Assembly (NCBI RefSeq): GCF_001458695.1
Contig: NZ_LN885086.1
Coordinates: 1,920,001 to 1,952,000 of the forward strand
Direction of reading: 5' to 3'
DNA from: Candidatus Nitrospira inopinata
GTDB lineage: Bacteria > Nitrospirota > Nitrospiria > Nitrospirales > Nitrospiraceae
DNA length: 32,000 bases
The notes beneath the pieces were generated by a model that was not told where the DNA came from, made no database searches, and was given only the letters and a program-made list of their open reading frames with translations. The position numbers and the translations under genes are program-made. Below are positions 1 through 9,240 of the stretch, piece by piece (position 1 is the first letter of the stretch; the number at the start of each line of letters is the position of its first letter).

Positions 1-92
1 GAAGGTCAAACCGTCGAGGGCCTATCGATGGTGCGATCACAAGCGCGGACTCACGCGTATCCGTGAACGGTTGGGGGCGGCGTCCATTCGAA

Positions 93-878
93 CTAGGAGG
101 AGATCGCGCTCAAGATTCGCCCGAAGCGGCGCTCCCGTTTTTGATATTCCAACAGCGCCAACAAAAATTCGCGCCGGCGAAAATCCGGCCACAACGTCGG
201 GGTGAAGCACAGCTCCGTATAGGCCGACTGCCAGAGCAGAAAGTTGCTGATCCGCGTTTCCCCGCTCGTCCGAATCAGAAGATCGGGATCGGGAAGCGGA
301 TGCGTATATAAGTACTGTTGGAACAAGGGTTCATCAATCTGTCCACCCTCGATGACGCCGGCCTGCGCATCGGCCAGCAGCGATCTCACGGCATCGACGA
401 TTTCCGACCGACCTCCGTAACTCAAGGCCACCGCCAGGGTCATTTTGTCCAGATGGGCGGTTTCTTGCTCGGTTCTGCGGACCCAATGCCGCGCCGACGG
501 CGGGAGGAGTTCGATACGGCCGATGGCTCGAAATCGAACCCGTTGCTCGATCAGGCCCGTTCGTTCCGTCGAGAGATAATGTTCGAGAAGACCCATGAGC
601 GCGTTGATTTCCTGGCTGGGTCTGTTCCAATTTTCTTGGGAAAACGCGTAGATCGTCAGGGCCTGGATGCCGAGCTCCAAGCAGAGCGAGATCATTTCCC
701 TGACGGAGTTGATGCCTTCGCGATGCCCTTCGATGCGGGGAAGGCCGCGCAATTCGGCCCACCGCCCGTTGCCGTCCATGATGACGGCAACGTGTTTGGG
801 CAACAGATCGGGATCCAATCTGGCCGCCAACTCGCTCTCCGAGAGTTGATCAAGGCTGACTACGGGCTGGTGTCTCAT
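93..878 (-). CDS. uppS: Undecaprenyl-diphosphate synthase (cis-prenyltransferase)
   Basis: 261-aa ORF with the HVAVIMDGNGRWA motif near the N-terminus and the RTSGETRISNFLLWQSAYTE block, both characteristic of UppS. Confidence 0.93.
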   Translation of the reverse strand: MRHQPVVSLDQLSESELAARLDPDLLPKHVAVIMDGNGRWAELRGLPRIEGHREGINSVREMISLCLELGIQALTIYAFSQENWNRPSQEINALMGLLEHYLSTERTGLIEQRVRFRAIGRIELLPPSARHWVRRTEQETAHLDKMTLAVALSYGGRSEIVDAVRSLLADAQAGVIEGGQIDEPLFQQYLYTHPLPDPDLLIRTSGETRISNFLLWQSAYTELCFTPTLWPDFRRREFLLALLEYQKRERRFGRILSAISS

Positions 879-956
879 GAAACCCTGCGGCGCTCCTCCA
901 GATGGAATTTGGTTTAAGGTGTTTCGACTACAACTCTGCGTCAGGAGGGTAGCCGA

Positions 957-985
957 AGTCTACTGGCGAGGGGGCGGAATGTCAA
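957..985 (-). promoter_or_regulatory. Candidate sigma70-type promoter for uppS (TTGACA-17 nt-TAGACT on minus strand)
   Basis: Minus strand reads TTGACA (985-980), an exact 17-nt spacer, then TAGACT (962-957), about 80 nt upstream of the uppS ATG at 878. GGAGGAG lies between them. Sequence-only prediction. Confidence 0.4.
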
Positions 986-1168
986 ACAATAACTCGGAAT
1001 CTAGGTAATAGTCCTATAAATCGCCGTCCGTCGCATTGCGACCACGGAAACGAATAAGCTATACTCCGCGCGTCCATCTCGCGCGGCGCGCGGATTGTTC
1101 TGTAGATTACGCGCGCGAAACCTTGTCAAGGCAAACATGAAAGGCGATCCGGGGAAGGCGGTCCATTG

Positions 1169-2599
1169 ATGACGGAGCCGGTTCAATTGGCGATGTTCGG
1201 CGTGACGGAGACGGATGCCCGGCACGTGCTGGATCGGCTCAACGTGCGAGACGTCGACTATGCCGATCTGTATTTTGAGTCGAGAGTCGCGGAGTCGGTG
1301 TCGATGGAAGAAGGCATCGTCAAACGCGCCGTGAAGAGCATCTCGCAGGGAGTCGGCGTCAGGGCCACCGCCGGCGAGAAAACGGGGTTTGCGTACTCCG
1401 ACGATTTGACGAAGAAGGACTTGGAACTCGCGGCGGATACCGCCAGATACATCGCCGACTCTCCCAAGGGAACTCGGATGGTCCCAGTTCCCATCCATCA
1501 GCGGCCCTCGCACGATTTGTATCCGGTCGAACGGACGAAGGCCGAAGTGGCGACGCCCGAACGGGTCGCCCTGCTGAACGAGATCGACGCGGAGGCCAGA
1601 CGATACGATCCTCGTATCAAAAACGTCATGGCGTCGTTCAACACGGAATACAAGGTGGTGGTGGTGGCGACGTCGGACGGCGCCCTGGTCGCGGACGTTC
1701 AGCCGCTGTCGCGTCTGCAAATCAGTTGTATCGCCGAGGAGGACGGCAATCGCCAGATCGGAAGTTTCGGCGGAGGCGGGCGCGTGGGATTTGAGTTTTA
1801 TCGGGACCGGAACCGTCATTTGGAATACGCGCGGGAAGCCGCGCGCGAGGCGATCGTCAATCTTTCCGCCGTCGAGGCGCCCGCCGGCGTGATGCCCGTC
1901 GTCTTGGCCGGGGGATGGCCCGGCATTTTATTGCACGAGGCGATCGGCCACGGTCTCGAGGCGGATTTCAATCGCAAGAAGACGTCGGCGTTCTCCAACT
2001 TGATCGGAAAGCGAGTGGCTTCCGAAGTCTGCACCATCGTGGACGACGGCACCCTGCCGTTTCGACGGGGATCGTTGAACATGGATGACGAGGGAACGCC
2101 GACCGGCCGTACGATCCTGATCGAAAAGGGCATTCTTCGCGGCTATCTGACCGACAAGCTCAATGCCCGGTTGATGGGGATCGCCTTGACGGGCAACGGG
2201 CGCCGAGAAAGTTATCAGAGTGTGGTGCTGCCTCGCATGACGAATACCTTTATGTTGGCGGGCGAATCCGACCCGCAGGATATCATCCGGTCCGTAAAAA
2301 GGGGACTCTATGCCGTGTCGTTCGGCGGCGGGCAGGTGGATATCACGAACGGCAAATTTGTGTTCTCGGCCAGCGAAGCGTATTTGATCGAAGACGGAAA
2401 GGTGACTCGGCCGGTCAAGGGGGCGACGTTGATCGGAAACGGCCCCGAGATCCTCAAAAAAGTGTCGATGGTGGGGCACGACTTGAAATTGGACAACGGT
2501 ATCGGCACCTGCGGAAAGGACGGCCAGTCGGTACCGGTCGGGGTCGGCCTTCCGACCATCAAGGTTGATGAGATCACGGTCGGCGGTACGCAACGGTGA
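1169..2599 (+). CDS. tldD: Metalloprotease TldD
   Basis: About 476 aa with the HEAIGHGLEADF zinc-binding motif and the C-terminal GxC(G)KDGQ region typical of TldD. ATG at 1169 (in-frame TTG at 1166). Followed by its usual partner pmbA. Confidence 0.93.
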   Translation: MTEPVQLAMFGVTETDARHVLDRLNVRDVDYADLYFESRVAESVSMEEGIVKRAVKSISQGVGVRATAGEKTGFAYSDDLTKKDLELAADTARYIADSPKGTRMVPVPIHQRPSHDLYPVERTKAEVATPERVALLNEIDAEARRYDPRIKNVMASFNTEYKVVVVATSDGALVADVQPLSRLQISCIAEEDGNRQIGSFGGGGRVGFEFYRDRNRHLEYAREAAREAIVNLSAVEAPAGVMPVVLAGGWPGILLHEAIGHGLEADFNRKKTSAFSNLIGKRVASEVCTIVDDGTLPFRRGSLNMDDEGTPTGRTILIEKGILRGYLTDKLNARLMGIALTGNGRRESYQSVVLPRMTNTFMLAGESDPQDIIRSVKRGLYAVSFGGGQVDITNGKFVFSASEAYLIEDGKVTRPVKGATLIGNGPEILKKVSMVGHDLKLDNGIGTCGKDGQSVPVGVGLPTIKVDEITVGGTQR

Positions 2600-2681
2600 A
2601 AAAACGCGCGTCGATCATGATCGCTTATGGGCGGGAAAGAACCGTCCGAATCTCACAACGGGCGATATCTGAAAACGAACG

Positions 2682-4076
2682 ATGGAATTGCGTCCTGAAT
2701 TGCAATCGGGCCGGTCGGCGACCGAGAGCGACGGCGGTTACGCCCAGCTTGCGGCGGATATCCTAAGTCGCGCGAAGGCCGGCGGAGCCACGGAGGCCGA
2801 CGTCGTCGTGGCCGACGGCCAAACGTTGTCGGTGCAGGTGCGGGTCGGCGCCGTTGACCGGCTGACCAAGGCCAGGGAAAAGCGGTTGGGGTTGCGGGTG
2901 TTCGTCGGCAAGCGATCGGCGACGAGTTCGACCTCTGATTTTTCAAAAGAATCGCTCGAACGATTGGTCTCTGAAACCTGCACGCTCGCGAAAACGGTCG
3001 TCGAAGACCCGACGTCCGGTTTGCCGGAAGCGACCCAGATGGCGACAGACCGGCCGGATCTTGATCTCTACGACGGCACGATTCTGAGCACGGAGAACCA
3101 GATCGAGTGGGCCAAACGAGGCGAGGCGGCCGCCTTTGCCGCCGACGAACGAGTGACGAACTCGGAAGGGGCGGAGTTCGAATCGTCGTCGGGTCGAGTG
3201 GTGTTGGCGAACAGCCACGGGTTTATCGGATCGTACCACGGCTCCAGCTTTTCCTTGTCCGTGTCGCCGATCGCCAGCGATGCACGGACGGGTTCCATGC
3301 AGCGCGGTGTGTGGTATGAAGTGCAACGAAAGTTCGCGCGGCTGGCCTCCGCCGAGTCGATCGGGCGGGAAGCGGCCAGACGGGCGGTTCGGCGATTGGG
3401 CGCGCGGCGGGTCGCGACCAAGCGCGTGCCGGTCGTGTTCGATCAAGAAACGGCCGGCAGTCTGTTGGCGAATCTGTGCAGCGCCGTCTCCGGCTACGGG
3501 TTGTACAAACGGGCGTCGTTTCTCTTGGATCAGCTTGGTCGGACGATCGCGTCCGATCTGATCACGGTGTACGACGACGGCCGCATGGTCGGCGGTCTCG
3601 GGTCCCGCCCCTTCGACGGGGAGGGAGTGGCGACCAGAAAAAACACGATCGTCGAGCGGGGCGTGCTGACCAGTTATCTGTTGGACACCTATTCGGGAAA
3701 GAAGATGGGGCTGCCCTCGACCGGCAATGCTTCCCGGAGCGTCGGCGAAAGCCCCTCGGTCGGGCCGACCAATTTTTACCTCGTGCCGGACACCAAGACG
3801 CCGGAGCAGATCATCGGATCGGTGAAGGAGGGACTCTACCTCACCGAACTGATCGGTTTCGGCATCAATATGGTGACGGGGGACTATTCACGAGGCGCCA
3901 GCGGGTTTTGGATTGAGAACGGGGAGTTGGCCTTCCCGGTCGAAGAAATCACCATCGCCGGCAATCTGAAACAGATGCTCAAAGACATCGAGATGGTCGG
4001 CAACGATCTCGTCTTTCGCGGACGAGTCGCCAGCCCGACGATCAAGATCGCCGAGATGATGGTGGCGGGCAATTAA
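2682..4076 (+). CDS. pmbA: Metalloprotease PmbA/TldE
   Basis: 464-aa ORF, a TldD paralog lacking the HExxxH motif, with typical PmbA blocks (GLYLTELIGFGINMVTGDYSRGASGFWIENGE). Sits directly downstream of tldD. Confidence 0.9.
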   Translation: MELRPELQSGRSATESDGGYAQLAADILSRAKAGGATEADVVVADGQTLSVQVRVGAVDRLTKAREKRLGLRVFVGKRSATSSTSDFSKESLERLVSETCTLAKTVVEDPTSGLPEATQMATDRPDLDLYDGTILSTENQIEWAKRGEAAAFAADERVTNSEGAEFESSSGRVVLANSHGFIGSYHGSSFSLSVSPIASDARTGSMQRGVWYEVQRKFARLASAESIGREAARRAVRRLGARRVATKRVPVVFDQETAGSLLANLCSAVSGYGLYKRASFLLDQLGRTIASDLITVYDDGRMVGGLGSRPFDGEGVATRKNTIVERGVLTSYLLDTYSGKKMGLPSTGNASRSVGESPSVGPTNFYLVPDTKTPEQIIGSVKEGLYLTELIGFGINMVTGDYSRGASGFWIENGELAFPVEEITIAGNLKQMLKDIEMVGNDLVFRGRVASPTIKIAEMMVAGN

Positions 4077-4180
4077 CCCACACCACAGGTCTTCTCGATG
4101 ATGGATGCCCATAGGTCTCGTTTATCGGCGTTTCCGTGAAAGACCAAACGCCTGACACTCATGGGCGAGGGAGGTGAACA

Positions 4181-4885
4181 ATGGCCGAATCGATCAGAGA
4201 AACCACGGTGCAGTATCCGAGCGGCAACGTCACGGTGAAGGCATTTGTCGCCGCGCCCGCGACCAAAGAAAGGCGGCCTGCCATAATCGTGATTCAGGAA
4301 TGGTGGGGACTCACCGACCACATCAAGGATATCGCCAGACGATACGCCGCGGAAGGATACGTGGCGATCGCGCCGGATCTGTATTCGCGTTTGGGTCACG
4401 CGCTGACGACCGATCCCGGAGAAGCCGGCAAACTGATGAACAGTTTGAAGCAAGAGGACGGGCTCAAAGACTTGAACGCCACCGTGACGTATCTCAAGTC
4501 CGTTCCCGAAGTCGATGGCGCGCGAATCGGCGTGACCGGCTTTTGCATGGGGGGGTCCTATGCGCTCATGCTGCCCTGCGTCAATCCGGACGTCAAAGCG
4601 GCGGTGCCGTTTTACGGGCAAGTCCCCAATCCCGACACGCCGCTCCAAAATCTATCGGCGCCGGTGTTGTATTTCTACGGCGAAGACGACGGCTGGATCA
4701 CCAAGGCGGACGTGCAACGGTTGGCGGCGGCTTTGAAGAAATACAACAAGCCGGGCGAGATCAAGACCTACCCCGGAGCGCCGCACGCCTTTTTCCGCGA
4801 TAACGATCCCTCCGTGTATCGGCCGGAAGCGGCGAAAGACGCCTGGGCAAGGACGAAGGCGTTTTTCAAGCAGCATCTGGGCTGA
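4181..4885 (+). CDS. Dienelactone hydrolase family protein
   Basis: 234 aa with IVIQEWWGL, the GFCMGG nucleophile-elbow Cys motif and C-terminal GAPHAF (His), the pattern of DLH-fold hydrolases. SD GGGAGGTG lies 5-6 nt upstream of the ATG. Confidence 0.85.
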   Translation: MAESIRETTVQYPSGNVTVKAFVAAPATKERRPAIIVIQEWWGLTDHIKDIARRYAAEGYVAIAPDLYSRLGHALTTDPGEAGKLMNSLKQEDGLKDLNATVTYLKSVPEVDGARIGVTGFCMGGSYALMLPCVNPDVKAAVPFYGQVPNPDTPLQNLSAPVLYFYGEDDGWITKADVQRLAAALKKYNKPGEIKTYPGAPHAFFRDNDPSVYRPEAAKDAWARTKAFFKQHLG

Positions 4886-5018
4886 TGTCGGATGTTGCGC
4901 GGGCTTGGGCGCGACGATCGTTTTTGCGGCGAGCCGGGCACGTCTGTGCGCAAAAGCGATCCTTCGGTCGAAATTTCTGCCCATCCGCTCCATTGTCCGA
5001 GGCGTTGAGCAAAGGTGA

Positions 5019-5465
5019 ATGATGCCATTGGATGCGGCCCTGGGCAAAAAAGTCCTTCAACTGATTACCTCACGATACGACGATAGGCGTTGGAGGAAGA
5101 GAATCGAAAAAACACTGAGTCTCCCGCCGTCCGGCATGGCCGATCCCGTTCAGCGGCACGTCTTCCTGTACTTGAAACTCGGGCTGAAGGCGTACAAATC
5201 CCGCCGGGCTGATCCCGATTCCTGGATCCTTGGCGGCTACGCGACAAAAGAAGTCATCGACCGCGTGAAATTCCAACCCCATCTCGTCGCTCCTTCGATC
5301 CAGAAGGACGACGTGGCGTTTCTCGGAACGGACCCGGGCGAGGAAGTCACCGAAGCCTGGTGGGACGACATGCTCGTCCAGTGGTTCGACGTGCCGGAAG
5401 AAGAAAAGCCGGATGAGGAACCGCCGTCTGGTTCAGGAGAAAAGACTTCCTCGGCGACGACGTAG
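5019..5465 (+). CDS. Hypothetical protein with acidic, low-complexity C-terminus
   Basis: 148-aa ORF with GC-rich third codon positions consistent with coding. No motif I recognise. Convergent with the UDG gene. Confidence 0.5.
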   Translation: MMPLDAALGKKVLQLITSRYDDRRWRKRIEKTLSLPPSGMADPVQRHVFLYLKLGLKAYKSRRADPDSWILGGYATKEVIDRVKFQPHLVAPSIQKDDVAFLGTDPGEEVTEAWWDDMLVQWFDVPEEEKPDEEPPSGSGEKTSSATT

Positions 5466-5500
5466 GTACGATGATCGAGCGATCGGTTCACAGGGAAGCG

Positions 5501-6154
5501 TCAACCGAACAGATCCATCTGCGTCGGTTTGGGTGATTCGATCTGGAGGGCAGGCGCGGTCGCGGGAGTGTCGTGTATTGGGTTGGCTGCTTTGGTGTGT
5601 TTGTCGAGGAATTCCTTGAGTTTTTTGAAATCCTCTTTGAGCGGCGCCAACAGGTTGCCTTGGTGCAGGGCCGCGGCCGGATGCAAGAGAGGAAACAACA
5701 CAAAGTCTTTCAGGTAAAAGGCCTGCGCTTTGACCTTGGTAATGCCGACCTTGCGTCCCAGCAAGGTTTGCGTGGCCCAGTTGCCGAGCGAACAGACCAG
5801 TTGCGGACGGATCAGTTGAATTTGCCGGAGCAGAAACGGTTTGCACGTGTCCACTTCGTCCGTCTCCGGGTCTCGGTTGTTTGGCGGGCGGCATTTGATG
5901 ACGTTGGCGATGTAGATCTGATCGCGCGACAGTCCCGCCGAGGCGAGCAAATCGTTCAACAGTTTTCCCGCCGCGCCCACAAACGGCTCGCCCTGCTGAT
6001 CTTCATGGAAGCCCGGCGCTTCGCCCACGAACATAATGCTGGCCTGTGGGTTGCCCACGCCGAAGACGACTTGCGTGCGGCCCAGCCTGGCCAGTTTGCA
6101 TCGCTGGCAGTTGACGAGGGACTGGGCAAGCTCCTGGAGCGGTGTCGTCATCAT
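5501..6154 (-). CDS. Uracil-DNA glycosylase, family 4 (Fe-S type)
   Basis: Motifs CQRCKL, VFGVGNPQASIMFVGEAPGFHEDQQGEPFVGAAGKLL and HPAAAL are typical of family-4 UDG. The ORF extends to 6280, but conserved sequence begins at the MMTTPLQ start (6154/6151). Start is uncertain and no clear SD is present. Confidence 0.85.
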   Translation of the reverse strand: MMTTPLQELAQSLVNCQRCKLARLGRTQVVFGVGNPQASIMFVGEAPGFHEDQQGEPFVGAAGKLLNDLLASAGLSRDQIYIANVIKCRPPNNRDPETDEVDTCKPFLLRQIQLIRPQLVCSLGNWATQTLLGRKVGITKVKAQAFYLKDFVLFPLLHPAAALHQGNLLAPLKEDFKKLKEFLDKHTKAANPIHDTPATAPALQIESPKPTQMDLFG

Positions 6155-6243
6155 GCAAGGGGTGAAGGAAAGATGGGCCATCTTAGAAAGGCCCGCCGGC
6201 AATGTCAATCGCGACCCACGACCGAGGAAAAAGCTTCGGCCGC

Positions 6244-7566
6244 TCAGCCTGCGATCCGGCCGCGGATGATGTCCGTGCAACGTCGCGCACTGGCGATCGC
6301 GCTTTCAACGTTGGCCGGCCATCCGGTGTCCGTCCATGGGCCGGCGAGGAGAAGATTGGGCAGGGGACTTTGCTGAAGCGGTCTGCGCAATGTCGCGCCG
6401 GGCCGGAGCGACAGCGCAGCATGGTCGTCGCGATGGACGACGCCGGATTGATCATGACGCGGCGTGCCGTGGGGAAAAATCCGTCGGAGTTCTTCGTATC
6501 CAAGGCGAAGCAGGCTGTCGTCGGTGGATTCCGTCAGGGGCGAATGACCGATCATCGAAAGCCGATACGTCGTTTCATTCGGTCCCGATGGCGCAACGAC
6601 CAAGTAATGAAACAGCTCTCCGCCCAGCAAAACCAATCGGGGAAACGGAGCGGTCGATGGTCGTCGAAACTCCACCATGACTTCGGGCAGCGGTTCCAGC
6701 TCGGCGAGCTGCGCGAAATAGGCGTAGCGTGCGAGAAGTTGTTCCGGCAACAAGGCGAGCAGTTTTCGATAAGGAAGAGCGGCGATGTACCACTGGGCGC
6801 GAAGAGAACCGCCGTCGTGGAGCCGGACTTCTTCAATACCGCGCGGTCCGATTCGAAGCAGCGGGGGTTCTGTCTGGCGCAGGACTTGGGCTCCCTGCCG
6901 TTCCAGTGCGTGCCGCATCGGACCTATCAAACGATCACCGATGGATCCGTAACGATATGTGAGAGAAGCGTCCCGGGCCTTTCCGAGAAACAGAACCGAC
7001 AGTTGCCGGATGAAAACGGAGCCGGCGAGACGTTCAAGACCGTTTCCGGTCAACCACAGGCCGAGCGGGTTCCAGATGTATGTTCGGCTTTCCGGGCTCT
7101 GTCCGATCGACGCCAGCCATTCATCGGCCGTCCGATTGTCCAAATCGGCCGGGAGCGATTCCGTCCCTTCCCAGATTCGTTCCACATAGGTGAGCAATCG
7201 CCAGCGGTCACGCCGGGTGAGGCCCTCAAAACGAGAAAGACCGGCGATCCACTGTAAAATTCCAGGAAGGCGAGCGGGAAAATAGGCGGCGGTTTGCCCG
7301 TCGGGCAAGAGAAATTCGAGGGGAATGGTTCTGTCCGCCCGCAAGGCGGCGTCCTGCTCGACCGGATGAATCGCCCGTGATGTTTCCCCGTGCCCTCCGA
7401 ATGTCATCGGCATGGCGTCGTTTTTGTCGGTCTTGTAGCCGTCTTCCCAGTTGAGGAAGTCCAGCAGGGTGACTCGGTGGCTTTCTTCGGTCAGGAGGGA
7501 GGCCGCCGCCGATCCGGTCAGGCCTGCGCCTAAAATGAGGACGGTTTGTGAAGCTCCGGCGATCAC
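6244..7566 (-). CDS. hpnE: FAD-dependent amine-oxidase/desaturase-family oxidoreductase, HpnE-like (hydroxysqualene dehydroxylase candidate)
   Basis: N-terminal Rossmann motif VLILGAGLTGSAAA. About 440 aa, directly downstream of a squalene/phytoene synthase gene. A GTG at 7566 overlaps the upstream stop as GTGA. An alternative GTG at 7590 gives the 448-aa ORF in the track. Confidence 0.6.
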   Translation of the reverse strand: MIAGASQTVLILGAGLTGSAAASLLTEESHRVTLLDFLNWEDGYKTDKNDAMPMTFGGHGETSRAIHPVEQDAALRADRTIPLEFLLPDGQTAAYFPARLPGILQWIAGLSRFEGLTRRDRWRLLTYVERIWEGTESLPADLDNRTADEWLASIGQSPESRTYIWNPLGLWLTGNGLERLAGSVFIRQLSVLFLGKARDASLTYRYGSIGDRLIGPMRHALERQGAQVLRQTEPPLLRIGPRGIEEVRLHDGGSLRAQWYIAALPYRKLLALLPEQLLARYAYFAQLAELEPLPEVMVEFRRPSTAPFPRLVLLGGELFHYLVVAPSGPNETTYRLSMIGHSPLTESTDDSLLRLGYEELRRIFPHGTPRHDQSGVVHRDDHAALSLRPGATLRRPLQQSPLPNLLLAGPWTDTGWPANVESAIASARRCTDIIRGRIAG

Positions 7567-8435
7567 GAAAATCGGGAGCCGCGAGCCCACACGCCGAACG
7601 CCACTGCAAGCCGGTGAGGGGTGGACAGGGTGACGCGAGGCCCGAATACTTGGTAATCGGTTCGCTCGATCTTGCCGAGAATGCGGCTGTAAATGGCGCG
7701 CATGATCTCCGCCACGACGAGGGCGCGGCGTTCGGATGGGGTCAGCGCCGTGAAGGCGGAACGGGCTTTTTCATAGTAATGACGGGCGCGGGCCGCTTCT
7801 TTTTTCATGAGAGTCTTGAATTCCGGAGTGTAGATTTTTTTCAAGACGCCCCGTTCCGGACAGTTGCAGGCTTGGAGGTCGTCGAGAGGAAGATAAATGC
7901 GATTGTCGTCCGCGTCAACGCCGACGTCGCGCAGGATATTGGTCAGTTGGAAGGCCATGCCGAGGGCGACGGCATAATCCTGCGCCCGAGGCGACGTGAC
8001 GCCGAAGATGTGAAGGCAAATGAGCCCCACGACAGACGCCACCCGATAGCAATAAAGGGACAGCTCGTCGAATGTGACGTACCGGTTGTTCAATAGATCC
8101 ATTTCGACGCCCTTGATCAGTTCTTCAAAATAAACTTTGGGGATCGAAAAGGTCTTAATATGGCGCGCGAGGCTGACGGCAATCGGCGAAACGGGAGTGC
8201 CGCCGTAGGCGGCGTCGAGCTCGGCCCGCCATTGTCGCAGCACTTCCTTGGGGTCGCTCCCCGCCGGCGGTTCATCGACCGCGCTGTCCACCGCTTTGCA
8301 GAACGCATAGACGGTATACATGGCGTTGCGCGACGCTTTGGGTAGGAAGAGAAACGAATAATAAAAGTTGCTGCCGCTTTTCTTGGTATAGGCGGTGCAG
8401 TACGCCTGCGCTTCGTCGACGGTCATGCCGGCCAT
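7563..8435 (-). CDS. Squalene/phytoene synthase family protein (HpnC/HpnD/CrtB-like)
   Basis: Asp-rich motifs (AVDSAVDE; NILRDVGVDADDNRIYLPLDD) and YCYRVASVVG are typical of trans-isoprenyl diphosphate synthases, head-to-head. Conserved sequence starts at MAGMTVDEAQ (ATG 8435; the second ATG at 8426 overlaps the HAD stop as ATGA). The 384-aa track ORF is an over-extension into the HAD gene. Confidence 0.85.
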   Translation of the reverse strand: MAGMTVDEAQAYCTAYTKKSGSNFYYSFLFLPKASRNAMYTVYAFCKAVDSAVDEPPAGSDPKEVLRQWRAELDAAYGGTPVSPIAVSLARHIKTFSIPKVYFEELIKGVEMDLLNNRYVTFDELSLYCYRVASVVGLICLHIFGVTSPRAQDYAVALGMAFQLTNILRDVGVDADDNRIYLPLDDLQACNCPERGVLKKIYTPEFKTLMKKEAARARHYYEKARSAFTALTPSERRALVVAEIMRAIYSRILGKIERTDYQVFGPRVTLSTPHRLAVAFGVWARGSRFS

Positions 8436-9106
8436 AGACGGGCTTTCATCTCTGCCAATTTGATCGTGTGCAAGCCGGAGGTGACAGCGTCCGCTTCCCG
8501 CAGGTCTTGAACGGTATGGGTGTTGGTCACGGCCAATACTTTCATTCCCGCGGATTTGGCCGCCCTGATCCCCGGCAGAGAGTCTTCGATGACCAGACAG
8601 ACGTCGGGCGTCAGCGCGGCGTCGGGCCGTTCTTGATTCAATCCGGCCAACGCGCGCAGAAACGGCTCGGGATCCGGCTTGCTGTTCGCGACGTCCTCCG
8701 CGCTGGTGATATGACAAAACGCTTTCCGGATGCCGGCCTGTTCCAACACCAGTTCTATTTCCGCCCGCAACGCGCCGGAGGCGATCGCCACCGGATAGAC
8801 CGACGCGGCTTCTTCGACGAACTCTCTGACGCCGGGGAAAATGACGAGATGGTCGCGGACGGAGGCTAGATAAGCTCGGGCTTTTTCCCGCATCAAGTCG
8901 TGCGCGATGGACTCCGTAACCGGTATTCGGTTCGCCCGCAGCGCCTCCACAATGCAGCCGCGATCGTCGAAACCGAGGTAGTTGGCATAGTAGTCCGCTT
9001 CGGTCAATGCCACGCCGACCGTCGCGAGCGTGCGGCGCAGCGCCTCGAAGTGAAGGGGTTCGGTGTCGGCAATGACTCCGTCGAAATCAAAAATCACGGC
9101 GCGCAT
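8423..9106 (-). CDS. HAD-superfamily hydrolase (beta-phosphoglucomutase/phosphatase-like, subfamily IA)
   Basis: 227 aa with the N-terminal MRAVIFDFDGVIADTE (DxDG motif I) and C-terminal VIEDSLPGIRAAKSAGM (motif IV region). Confidence 0.88.
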   Translation of the reverse strand: MRAVIFDFDGVIADTEPLHFEALRRTLATVGVALTEADYYANYLGFDDRGCIVEALRANRIPVTESIAHDLMREKARAYLASVRDHLVIFPGVREFVEEAASVYPVAIASGALRAEIELVLEQAGIRKAFCHITSAEDVANSKPDPEPFLRALAGLNQERPDAALTPDVCLVIEDSLPGIRAAKSAGMKVLAVTNTHTVQDLREADAVTSGLHTIKLAEMKARLWPA

Positions 9107-9153
9107 GGGCTGTTCGCTGTTCCAGACTGTGAGAAGGACGTCGAGCGCGCGGC

Positions 9154-9162
9154 ATTATAACA
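9154..9162 (-). promoter_or_regulatory. Candidate extended -10 promoter (TGTTATAAT) for the HAD-synthase-hpnE operon
   Basis: Minus strand reads TGT-TATAAT (9162-9154), a perfect -10 hexamer with a TGn extension, about 48 nt upstream of the HAD ATG at 9106. No good -35 element. Confidence 0.4.
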
Positions 9163-9240
9163 CAGAGGTTGACGGCATGGAGGCCGTGACGTTCCCCTGT
9201 ACGTCGTCGAGTGCGAACTTCCGGTTCCCGAATGGAACGA

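Noticed and set aside
1-92. Possible start of a downstream minus-strand gene (for example cdsA, which often follows uppS).
   Set aside because: Only a short open frame from a GTG is visible (VIAPSIGPRRFDL...), with no recognisable motif. That is too little sequence to call.
1169-4076. TldD/PmbA as the dedicated leader protease of the MNIO RiPP operon.
   Set aside because: TldD/E can process some RiPP leaders, but the pair is a ubiquitous housekeeping module. Here it lies about 18 kb away on the other strand, separated by many unrelated genes, so there is no positional evidence of linkage.
4127-4152. 7-bp hairpin GGCGTTT...AAACGCC after pmbA, as a possible terminator.
   Set aside because: It has a 12-nt loop and no downstream T-tract. 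The next gene starts 29 nt later with its own SD. It is equally consistent with read-through or a random hairpin.
4886-4935. Possible terminator after the dienelactone hydrolase gene (GCGC...GCGC followed by CGTTTTTG).
   Set aside because: The stem is only 4-5 bp with no extension possible, which is too weak to report as a feature.
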